Shown in pieces: positions 52,385 through 64,000 of a stretch of DNA of 64,000 bases (positions are counted from its first letter, which is position 1; each line of letters starts with the position of its first letter). The notes under the pieces were generated by a model. That model worked only from the letters and a program-made list of their open reading frames with translations, had not been told where the DNA came from and did not search any database. The DNA comes from Octopus sinensis (taxonomy: Eukaryota). The DNA is taken from the NCBI RefSeq assembly GCF_006345805.1, contig NC_043001.1, forward strand, positions 24,862,001 through 24,926,000, read 5' to 3'. The translations under genes and the position numbers were made by a program.

Positions 52385-54388
52385 GTGTGAATATAAAAGT
52401 GGTTTGTTGATTACTTTATACATGTTTTACATGAAAAAACTGAATAATCCAATCAATAAACTGCTTTTATGAAAAGAGAGAAAATATAAAACTCAAACAG
52501 TCACTGAAATTAGAAGATATTCAAATCTCTAAAGTTAGTCATGGTGTGTGGGAGTGACAAGCCATCATAAATCTACAGAGGAATACCATGAGATTTTGTA
52601 TCCAACTCACCATCGTAGGATACACAAATACTCCAAAATGTTTGACACTAAAAGAAAGGTTAAAAGTGGAATAATTTCCGCACAATCTAAATTTAAACTT
52701 TAACTGACTATTGTGATCTTAGCAGGTAAACATGAATTGAATAATTTACAATTATTCATTTCACTTTCGTTTTCCTGAAAAATATGGTAACTTTACCTCT
52801 CTTATTCTCTTTAAACTTAATTTTCAATAAAGACAATTTGAATATACTACTTGAAAATAACATAATGAATTGGCTCTCTATTGCTTTATTCTAATGAGGA
52901 ACAAACAGGCAGAAATAAACTTTTTATAGATATAAGTGAAAAATGTGAAATATTAAATAAAAGGAAACTGAAAAGAATTAGGCATAATTTTTTAATTATT
53001 TGAGAAAAACGAAATATTCATTTGCTTCTCTCCCTCACATGGGAAAAAATAGATAAACCAATAAAACCACTTTTGTATATAAGTGCCATCATAATGGGAA
53101 GATATTCAAATGCATGGCACTGATTGTGGTATGACTTAAGAACAAATCATTGTTAATCTGCATAAGAATACCATGTAAGCATATATCATGGTTGCCATTA
53201 TGGAGCACACATACACTCCAAAAATCTATTGAGAGAAAAAAAATTAAAAACAGAATAATTTCGTTACCACACATGCACACATATACACTTGTATATTAAT
53301 GTATAGCCAGCATCTACATGGTTTTTATTCTTTTAATTTCACTCTTAAGATATTCATCAGCCTGAAGCTATAATAAAAGACACTTCATCAATGTGTCATG
53401 TGTGTGATTTCAAAGCAAATATCTTAACTATCTCACCATGTTTAGGTCCATATCTCAAAATCTATATTTAATTTTTTAAATCAGTTTTTCCGAAAAATAA
53501 GTCAGGACTTATATTCAAATATTGCATTTAAGTATTATCTATTATTATATACTATCAATGGTGATGAAAAGCAGAAAAAAGTGGTAATAGATTAAACTGC
53601 TTGCACTCTTTAGTTACAGCCCTGTTGTGTTTGAGTTGAATTCTAGCCAGAGTTGAATTTTCCTTTGATAAAATGAATATCAGCAATGTACTGGATTGCT
53701 ACAATTACACCTACACTTCCTCCACAAATTTTTGGCACTATGCAAAAGTTCAAAATAAATATGATATCGTATTGATAAGTCCATTGCTCTCAGTCAGGAT
53801 AATAAATTTACATTAGTTACATTTTGGGATAAATATGCTGATTTTTTTATAGGCAAGGCATGAAATCTTTTGTCCCAAGGGCTAGTTATTCATTGATCTG
53901 CTTACTATATACTTTGAATGGAAATTAGATAAAGTAAAACCTGATATCAAATTGAAATAATATACAGAAATACAATTATTAGAAATCAAGGAAATTAATC
54001 ATAATTCACATTGGCAAAAGTCAGTGTAATAAAAAGAACAATTGAGATATAGCAGTACATCGTGTGGAGCAGAAATATTTAGCATTTCAAAGTTTCCATT
54101 AAAGGCAGTAAAAATTAGAATTGGATAATATAAAATTATTTTTAGCTAAATTCTTTATACATAATATCTTCATTGGTAACTTCTCATGTCTTCAAACCAT
54201 CAAGCTGTAACATTAAATTTGTGGTGGAGGAATTGTATAATTTATATAAGATTTTATTCTTAAAATTATCCAAGACTTTCATATTTTTGAAATCAACTGA
54301 TTTAATACCACCAATGATAATTAAATTATATATTTAGATTTAATATTCTAATCTTGTTTCTTATTCCTTATATATATATATATATATA

Positions 54389-54464
54389 CTTCAGTGGTCT
54401 GGAGTGCAGGCTTCAAACCTGTAGCTGACTGACGTCAAAGTAGTTCAATTCCACCTTTCGGGTG
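54389..54464 (+). pseudogene. trnU (tRNA-Sec) pseudogene: tRNA-Sec (anticodon UCA) derived sequence lacking the 5' acceptor strand
   Basis: cttcagtggtctggagtgcaggcTTCAaacctgtagctgactgacgtcaaagtagttcaattccacctttcgggtg aligns without gaps to the metazoan tRNA-Sec as recalled (human CCTCAGTGGTCTGGGGTGCAGGCTTCAAACCTGTAGCTGTCTAGCGACAGAGTGGTTCAATTCCACCTTTCGGGCG). TCA anticodon at 54413-54415, 6-bp D stem, long variable arm. Confidence 0.9.
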
Positions 54465-54546
54465 AAGGACCCCGAGGGTCCTATTTTATACAGCGGTGGT
54501 GCCCCAGCATAGCCACAGCTTTTGGGCTGAAGCATTTTTAAGGATT
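54389..54546 (+). mobile_element. Chimeric retroposon: tRNA-Sec head plus SINE-B-like 3' tail, inserted in (TA)n
   Basis: Tail ggtggtgccccagcatagccacagcttttgggctgaagca resembles the B tail ggcggtgctccagcatggccgcagtcaaatgactgaaaca; (TA)n on both sides. Confidence 0.7.
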
Positions 54547-54819
54547 TATATATATATATATATAATCATTATCATTTAATGTCTTTTTGCTATGCTGTCA
54601 TGGGTTGGATGGTTTGACAGCAGCTAACCAGCTGAAGGCTGTTCAGGCTCCCTGTCCATTTTAATATTATATATACATAAGTTTGTGTATATTAAAAACT
54701 ACAGCCATGGCTCACAGTGAGTGTGACTTAGTGACATGTACCATGCTTTCACTATTAGTCACAAGCAGATACAGACACTCTCTCAGCCTTCAACCTTGAC
54801 CTAGCAGACCATTTGGGAT

Positions 54820-54978
54820 GTAACAGCTGGGGACAGAGTGAGGGCTGCACCTGCTGAGTGGATTGGAGTAATATAAAACAATGTGTCATTCCCAAAGACA
54901 CAACCTGCCACTTGGTTTAAACCTACAATTTTGCAATTGTGAGCCCAGAACCACAACCTCTTGGCCATGCATCTTCTC
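54820..54978 (-). mobile_element. Degenerate SINE of the D/F head group
   Basis: Minus strand gaagatgcatggccaagaggttg...ctccaatccactcagc. Confidence 0.55.
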
Positions 54979-54988
54979 ACAGATGCAC

Positions 54989-55029
<41 letters not shown>

Positions 55030-55961
55030 CTGCATATAAGCTTTTTTACCTGGCAAAACTAATGTTTAGGTTATTTGCACTTAGATCTGTCAGTCTGTCA
55101 CTTAATATAATTCAAATGTATGGTTGTTAGTTTTGTTTCTTTTCTCAGTCAAGAAGTATCTAAATGGATCCCAATTTATTTTCCTTTTTACTATATAACA
55201 TCAATATTTATGTGACAGATATATTAGATTTGAAAATTATGGCATATGTATGAAATCTTCCATACCAGTGACCATCATGAGATTAGATTAAGTTTTCCTG
55301 TAATATAACCATCTTTGTTAAAAGATAATTTAATTTCTGTGAAGGACTTTAATTATTAGCCTAACCAATCAAATTTATTATGAAATATTTATTATCCATG
55401 TTGAGACTGAATATCAAAGAAAAGTAAATGTGTTCTGATAGATTAACTTAATATTGAAATGGGTTCTAGTAGCATAAATTCATTTGTCAAATAGTTATAT
55501 TGATAGACCTAATGTGGTAACTAATGTATTCTTCAGACGTTAAAATCTTAATGCTTTCTCTAAGATTTAGTTCAAATTGCTATCATTAAAGATAAATAAG
55601 TTTGCTCTATGTTAAATGACTTCCTGGGATTGTATTCAATAGTCTGTTGAACTTCAAGTGTTCTGATGATTTCAGAGCATTCAGAATGCTTTTTTATGCT
55701 TTGATACTGGTGATACGTTTCCATCTTCAGTCTCTAGCTCCTTACAAACTTTGTAGGTGAAAAAGCTGGCAACTTTTAAAAAGCAAGATATTCCTAAATC
55801 GCTATGCTCAGCCTAAATAGCCATAATAACAGCATGCCTCTTCATTTCTTGAGTAAGCTGAGGGTCTGCCATTATTATTTTCTGAAACAAAGATTATACA
55901 GAGTTAGCAAAAAATGCAACAATGACCCCAAAAAGGTATGTCCTCAAATACCTTATGCACC

Positions 55962-56005
<44 letters not shown>

Positions 56006-59000
56006 ATTAGGTTTATACATGATTAAATGCAATTGCTATCTGAATGTTGTAATTGCTCCACTTCAAATTTTATTTACAGCCCTCCTAAAATAAAGCGCAT
56101 ATGTAAATAAGTTATATTTTATTATATTCAGAGCTATTTTGCTGATACAAAGTACTATAAAAGAATCTATATAGAGATAAACATTTCCCTTTTTTGTTGA
56201 ATGGCATTTTCATTATGTTCAGGGAAATGAATCTTTGCAAATCTTCAAATTAAGCTTTCATAAATATGTTATTTTGATATAAACACATTGTTAAACTTTA
56301 ATTTAACTTTAAGAAATATAGGTGTCCAGTTATCAATTTACTGTTCATTTGCAGATAGTCAATAGATTTTGAGTTATAATTACATTTAATTTAGATGGAG
56401 TTTTTAATCTATTTCAATTAATTTGGGCATAAAATGTGAAAATAATCACCATAACACTGCCTATTAAGAAGTGATTTTTTTGTTAGTGACAATTATTTTC
56501 AAAAATCATTCAGGTGAATTTATCCATATCTCCATGAATACAGTATAACAATCATTTTAACTTGAATGAAATAACATTATTTATTTGATATTTTTTATAG
56601 TAATTTCCTTGATTTGTCTCTTGCTATTTGTGGTATATCTGTATAGTATTAGGACTGTTTAACAATTTCGTGTATTGCAAATTATTGGTGAAAGTTATTG
56701 GCTGACAAAATTTTTCTCTTTAATTAACTATGGTGTGGGTTTTTACACTTAAATTGAAACAAAACCTTACCTTGCACCATTCTACAAAAATGATAATACT
56801 ATACAGATATGAGGCCCAAATGTTACTGAAAGAAAATTCTATTTAACAAGTTGTGTGTCTCTTAATACTCTTTGCAATAACTATTGATTGACTAATTAAT
56901 GAGAAATATATTGTTTTATTGTCAATGTTAATTCAACATAAAGAGTAATGAAATAAATAATGTAATATCTTGACAATAAAGTGATTTAAAAAATAAATGA
57001 ATAACAAACAAATATATCGTTTAAAATATTTCCCTATGTTTAAACTATATAAACCACAAACAAAAAATAGCTGTCAATTTTGCTCAACAAATTATGAAAT
57101 CATTTAAACTCATAATTTCTCATAATCAAGATTTTTATTTTTATTTATTTTTCATACAAATATATAAATTCCAAAATGTTATATATATTCACTTTAATGC
57201 TGGTCTAATTCACAGAATAATAGACTTTTTTTCTACCTTGAAAAAGGAGTTCCTGTTTCAGAAAAATCTGAAAAAGGTTTAACCAAATAACAGCGAAGAA
57301 GGAAAAGTTCACAAAAGATCTGGAGCCTCTGTGATAGGGAGATCATTTTTCATTTGGTTGTCAAGCATTTAAATGTTGACACTTCCAAATTGCTTGTGTG
57401 TCCGCAACACACAAGACTGCAACAAATAGCACTGCAAAGCTTTCAGGCAAAAAGCGGTTCCTGGGGTTTTAGTTGAATTCTCAACAGACTGAACATTGTG
57501 GATTTACTAAATATATCACAAAGAAAAGAAAACTGTGATTAATTTACCTAAAAAATCCAAATGGTTACTTTATGAAAAATATGCTGTGTTTTGAACAGCA
57601 AATTCTATATTTCATTTTGAATAGTTATTATTTTTTTTCTATATTTTTAATACCCTTTCTATCCTTACCTTATTTTGGCAATCCCTATCCTTCACTTGAT
57701 TGTTCTTCTAACGTAATTTTTAAAATATTACATTTTATAAGTTCTACTGCTTAACAAATTTACTTATTTTTTGGCACAATTTCCTTCAGTTTCAATTCTG
57801 TTTGTTTATTCTATATCTAACAGCAAAAACATTAACTTTTTACATCACTTCACTCAATATAAAAAGCAAATAACCATGACATTAATTTCAACAATTGCTT
57901 GTGAGAATCCTCTTAGCCAATATTATTACACATTCACACATACATATGTGTGTATGGGTATTAAATATATTTGCTTTGATTCATTATATTTTTACACCAA
58001 AGCAGCAGCATCTTGAGTCATGCAATTATTTTAGAGTGTATTGATGAGTGACATTAATTGATTGCTAGAAAACATTGAAAACCGTTAACTGAGACTGACT
58101 TTCAAAAATTAAGAGATTAATTTTAAAGATGACATTTAATGTGTTAAATAATATCAATTAACTAATATATTTTTTACTATTCAATTTGAGAAACAGTAAC
58201 AAAAATGTACGATACATACATTCTTCCTTAACTATATTCTTATGAAATTTCTATATTGATATCTTCCACTCTTAAGAATATATGGTAACTGCAAACTTAT
58301 TTTCCCTCACTCTAATTATAAACACCACCAATAAGTATGAACAGACACTATAATTGATATACTATAAATTACAAATTCACTTATATATATAAGATACTGC
58401 TGCCACAACAAACACTCTAAATAACATCCAAAGTAGGCTATCTGACTAATAGGCAATCTTTACTCACCAGTAATCACTTACCCATCAACTGTGTCCAATT
58501 GCAGCCTTTTCTACCATAACTACAATATAGTCTGCTTCTTTAAGCTAGCAAGCTCTGCACCACTCATAACCAAGTGGATAGAATTAACCCACTTTTCCTT
58601 CTTTCACCATTCCTACCACATTAAACCCTCGCTAAATCTCGTACTAATCCTTTCTCCTGATATTTTGCCCCTTAAATGCAGTCCCTTGGAATTCGTTTCC
58701 TGTGCACATTCCCTTCCACCCAAATATCAACTGTATTGATCTCAGCATGACAAGGGGACCTGCAATTGCTTTTGACAATGATTCTTTCTTATGGCTGTAA
58801 ACATGATGCCTACATCGATTTATGACTATTTCGCTGTTGCTACACATCTTAAACTATTGCGTTATCTAAGTGTACTTGGTCAGTGCTCACTTGGGATTAA
58901 ACTACAGCAGTAATTACACTATAATTATTATATTAATTCTATTAGTAAATCAAATACCCACCAACTGCATAACTATACACAATACTCTAAACAAAACCTT

Positions 59001-59661
59001 CTGCTATTCTATCGGTATACCTACACAGAAACTCTCTCCCTCTCATGCATATACTTCCACTTTATTAATCCTCAGACAACCTATCAAACAGTCTTTTTTA
59101 TTCAATTACATATATTCTCATCCCACTCTCTCCATACATACCTACATACAGCTATATACACACTATACAATATAATGAAAAAATGCAAGTTCTTTAACAG
59201 GCATTGTTCCTATACACTAATTGTATTATTGGAATATTAATTAGCACATCCTACCCAAATTTGTATTATTTGTTTTTTTAATTCAAATACTATATTGAAT
59301 TCTTATAAAATAATAGTCAATGTAAAGTAAGTGTTATTTTGATATACTGCAATTATTTAAAGGTGTAACAATCTTCTGGAACTACAAAAGCATAACAAAC
59401 ACATACAACCACTGCAACCTCATGGAAGTATTGCAAAAAAGAAAATTAAAGCTTGTTTTGTTTTTTCTTATTTCTGATATGTAAACTTCATTCGAAAAAT
59501 ATGTTACTAGTTTACATAATAGGTTTGACTAATCAAATATTCCATTACTTTACTGGTTGGTTTTGATGATGGGGTCTTTCTCTTTAATTAAGACTCCTTT
59601 ATTCCTTATGCTACCTCAAATAAGTTTGCTGCCTTGTATTCCCACTTTGAGAAATTATTTT

Positions 59662-59885
59662 AGGGTGAAAAATTGGCAGAATCTTTAGAGTGTTAAATAA
59701 AATGCCTTGCAGTATTTGTTCCAGCTCTTTACATTCTGAGTTCCAATCCCACTGAGGTCAACTTTGCCTTTCATCCCTCTGAGGTCGATAAAATAAAGTA
59801 CCAGTCAACTACTGGGGTCAATGTAATTGACTGAACCCATCCCCCTCAAAATTTGTTGGCCTTGTGCCTAAATCAGAAACCATTA
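59662..59885 (+). mobile_element. SINE A2, full length, diverged
   Basis: ttggcagaatc head, ctgagttccaatccc B box, family block and ggccttgtgcctaaatcagaaac tail. Confidence 0.85.
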
Positions 59886-61479
59886 TTGTTTTCTTTATCT
59901 AACTTTGTTAAATATTAAACTTTATATTTGATCACTTTGCACTCACAAAATAAATGATTCCTAAATTTCAGTCTGTCTGTGTCTTTTTCTATATGTATAT
60001 ACGAGGATAGATAGACTGGCAAAAAGAGTGAAGCATATACATATGTATGCACTTGAGAGTGTTTGTGTATATTTATAAATATATCTGTTGTTCTGCAAGA
60101 CTTGTAAAACTCTGTAGAATAACAGAGAACAACTTAAGCGCTACAACAAATAATTACATGTTATTTCTGTACTGAATATTTTTTCACATGCTTGCAAATA
60201 CAAGCATTCATATAAAAAATACACATATATATATATATATATAAACAATATGGTGACATGATGTATGCAAGTGAGAAAGGAAGAACTCACTACATGGTTA
60301 TAGAGTATAAACTTTATTCACAACTGAATTTCACAATTTGCCACTTAGATTTTGTTCATTTTGGAACTGATGTCCAGAATTAAGAAATACTTTGTAGATT
60401 CGTGTGAATAATGTATATGTAGATATACAATACTCAATTTATCTAATTTCTTTATATTTATCTATATTACACAATGTTGATAGATAAACAATATTATATT
60501 CCTATATTGTGTTGCAATTCTACATGGTTTTAAAGTTACAGAAGTGACAGGAACATTTGTTTTGTATTCAATGGTAATACTGCTTTTCCTTGACATGGAA
60601 CGTAACACTTCAAATTTTAAGTTTAGTAAGATTATAACTTTCCAGATTATTAAGATCATCTTTAAAGTGTATATTTAAAATATTTATATCCACACTATGC
60701 TTCAAGAGGTTTGATCCCCCAATCATCAAGGATTTTATTCAGGAAGGACATTGAACCAATTGAAATGTTGTGTCAGCATAAATATTCTAAATATATTCTC
60801 TAATGATGAGGTTAATGGTACAGAAAATTATAATCTTATTAATGATCCATCTTAGATATTTCAATATTTAATGGTGTTATTTTCTTTAACTACATATCAC
60901 TCTAATACAGAATGTTGATTAACTGTTATTTATGTATATGAAAAATTTTCTATGCACACTCACTCTTTCTCACTCTGTCGTTTTATTCACCAATTAACAT
61001 GATTGGTCTTCTTAATCATGATCAATATATTAGTCTAATATATTTTCTAATAATTTATCACTTTCAAATTGTGTCTATTGTTTTTGATACAAAAAAATGA
61101 TGAACACTTAGTTGTTTCATATAGAGGCCACCTCATGCACGAACACAAAACTTTCATATATATTCACTGCCAAATATTCATGATCAGCATGTTGGAGGAG
61201 GAGAAAACTCGTCAAGAGTTGATATTCTAGTATTTTGATTCACCATTTTTGATTCTAGAAAATATTGATGTTGTTATTGTAATCATTAGTCTGAGTTAAC
61301 TGCATGAATGCATGTTTCAGTTTCATTTTTTATCTCTTGGCTGACACTGTCATCTTTAGATTATAGACTGCGTTTAAGCGTAAAACTATATATATTGTGC
61401 CCAGTATATTTATATATGATAGTCGTAAGTGTAATGATGATGAAATAATATACACGCACACTTACATATATTCCTAAAT

Positions 61480-61741
61480 TACATGTATGTGTATGTAGAT
61501 ATATATATATATATATGTATGTACAAATATATATATGTGTGTGTATATATATATATATGTACAAATATATATGTGTATATATATATACATATGTATGTAC
61601 AAATATATATATGTGTGTGTATATATATATATATATATATAATATATATGTATGTACAAATATATATATGTGTGTGTATATATATATATATGTACAATAT
61701 ATATGTGTATATATATATATATGTATGTACAAATATATATA

Positions 61742-61781
<40 letters not shown>

Positions 61782-62030
61782 TATATACATGCATATACAT
61801 ATATGTAAATATGTACATATATACATGCATATACATATATGTAAATATGTACATATGTACGTGTACATATATACATATATACACATATATCTATATGTAT
61901 ATATGTCTGTACATATATATATATATATATATATACATATAATATATATATATATATATATACTATATATACATATATATATATATACATATACATATAT
62001 ATACATATATATATATATACATATATATAC

Positions 62031-62067
<37 letters not shown>

Positions 62068-62091
62068 ATATATTATATATATATATGTATG

Positions 62092-62176
<85 letters not shown>

Positions 62177-62190
62177 ATATATATATATAT

Positions 62191-62242
<52 letters not shown>

Positions 62243-62270
62243 TATATATATATAATATATATATATATAG
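61480..62270. repeat. About 800-bp compound (AT)n/(ATAC)/(GT) microsatellite field
   Basis: Seen directly; it explains the long Y/I ORFs. Confidence 0.95.
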
Positions 62271-63004
62271 TAAATCTCATTTAGCAAATTGCAGATTGGA
62301 AAATATCAGTAGAATGAAACTCTTTTTTTTTAGTTTGCACTATCACATGTACTATGTGATTGTTTGTGGTCTTTTTGAGTTTTGTTTTACGGTGAGGGTG
62401 GAGACAATAATTTTTTATGAACTTGTATTTGATTCAACAAAAAAAACTTTTTTTTCCTATGTTTAAGGAAGTATAGCTGCAACCTCAAATATCTCATCTT
62501 GACACAGAATAAAAAAAAACACACATCTATAGCATCACATGAAGCCACACACAACTAGATACAAACATTGGGATTCCATACCATATGAGTTATTTGACTG
62601 TGCAGCAAATCTTAATTTAATACCATGTATGTGTGTGAGAGAGAGAGAGATATTAATGTATATTCATCTAATCCTGCAAGCATGGATAAAAATAAATGCA
62701 CCCATATGCCCACACATATGTATTTAGATGAGTTTTTATATAAGAGTACACTCACACCTGTCTATACAGGTCCTCTGCAAGTTTTTGTTGTGGGAATATA
62801 TGTATATATATATATATATATATAAGCTGATATATATGTCTGTGGATATATATGTATGTATGCATATATATTTATGTGTGTATCTATGTATGCATACTCA
62901 TGTACACACACACACATATATATATATGTATATATATAAATTAATCAATATAGAGATAAACTGATGGATACTTGGATGTAAGACATCCATAGAAAGAGCA
63001 ATTT

Positions 63005-63064
<60 letters not shown>

Positions 63065-63067
<3 letters not shown>

Positions 63068-63178
63068 TTATTAAGGCCTATTACTATAAGTAAAGCCACA
63101 CACTGTAAAGGGACACTCAACTTTAGTGTCCCTTTTACAGTGTGTGAGTTTACTTGTAGTAATATCCCTTAATAATGT
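63065..63178. mobile_element. Palindromic TA-flanked MITE (better-preserved copy)
   Basis: About 52-bp arms acattattaagg..tattactataagtaaa..cacacactgtaaagggacact and reverse complement, short loop. Confidence 0.8.
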
Positions 63179-63223
63179 ATATAGAAAAATTATACGCTTT
63201 GTATTTTTTCTTATATTTTATTG

Positions 63224-63290
<67 letters not shown>

Positions 63291-64000
63291 ATATATATAA
63301 ATGCATATTTATGTACACATATATATGTGTGTTTATGTATATACATTACTACTTGCATGTATGACGCAATACTATTATGGCAAACCCAGGTGTCCTGGAC
63401 TACTTTGAAATGCCATTTTACTGATTGGTACTGTTTCAGTCAGGGAACAGGCTCACAGAGGCAGTCACTATTCTCTTTCGTTTTTTCCTTGAACTACAAC
63501 AACCTCTACTCCTTTCTGAACTATCTGCAAGACCTTCTCTCTTAGAGTTATACCCGATGTTCAAATTTTTCCTCTTTCTTTCCTTTATATTGTATGTCAT
63601 CTCTCAAACTCTGTGTAAAGCACTTCATCAAATCCATCCTGCCCAGAAATGCAACCAGCTGAAATTCTTATTCTGCTAACGCTTTTGCTACAAACATTGA
63701 ATAGAAAATAGTCAAGCTAAACACTTAACCACCTTAATCCCATCATAGCTGAAGGATCTACAAATGTTGAGGTCATCAGCCTGCATTAGTCTTTGATAAC
63801 TTACAAAAATAAATATCTGGATGGTACACACACTCACAAGCATATATGCAAATACATGTGTGTGTGTGCATTTAGTTTCATTTACACAAATAAACTTAGA
63901 TCAAAGAGTATCATGTTTTAGATTCTAGCGAGACATGCATGGTTTACCTCCCACTGAAGGTTGTCTTATTTTATGCTTAAATTGTATTAGCTTTTACACT

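Noticed and set aside
54389-54464. A functional tRNA-Sec gene
   Set aside because: The 5' acceptor strand is replaced by (TA)n and there are mismatches in the T stem and variable arm; kept only as a derived sequence.
61361-62466. Long ORFs (up to 327 aa) of Y/I/V/C/M
   Set aside because: Translations of (AT)n-rich microsatellite; no coding signal.

Overview
64 kb of AT-rich, repeat-dense eukaryotic non-coding DNA (intronic or intergenic). The SINE repertoire and the heavy load of (AT)n, (GT)n, (AAT)n, (ATC)n and (GATA)n microsatellites look like an Octopus/cephalopod genome; this is an inference from recalled repeat sequences, not a database search. I cannot identify any protein-coding gene with confidence. 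Most ORF-track entries are microsatellite or SINE artefacts, and a few splice-site-bounded candidate exons are listed at low confidence. The window contains: (i) tRNA-derived SINEs from at least five families, which I label A, B, D, E and F as working names, many with exact target-site duplications (TSDs), plus headless RTE-type 3'-end elements (label C); (ii) LINE relics of RTE, R4/Dong-like and CR1/L2-like type; (iii) one full-length dead DD34D mariner and one fold-back mariner made of two 5' halves; (iv) hAT, piggyBac-like and TA-TSD MITEs and a non-autonomous Helitron. Two signals stand out. At 54389-54546 a selenocysteine-tRNA (UCA) sequence with compensatory stem changes is fused to a SINE-type 3' tail. 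At 24446-24801 a fold-back element carries a Penelope-type minimal hammerhead ribozyme in each arm. Boundaries of degenerate repeats are approximate and were read by eye.
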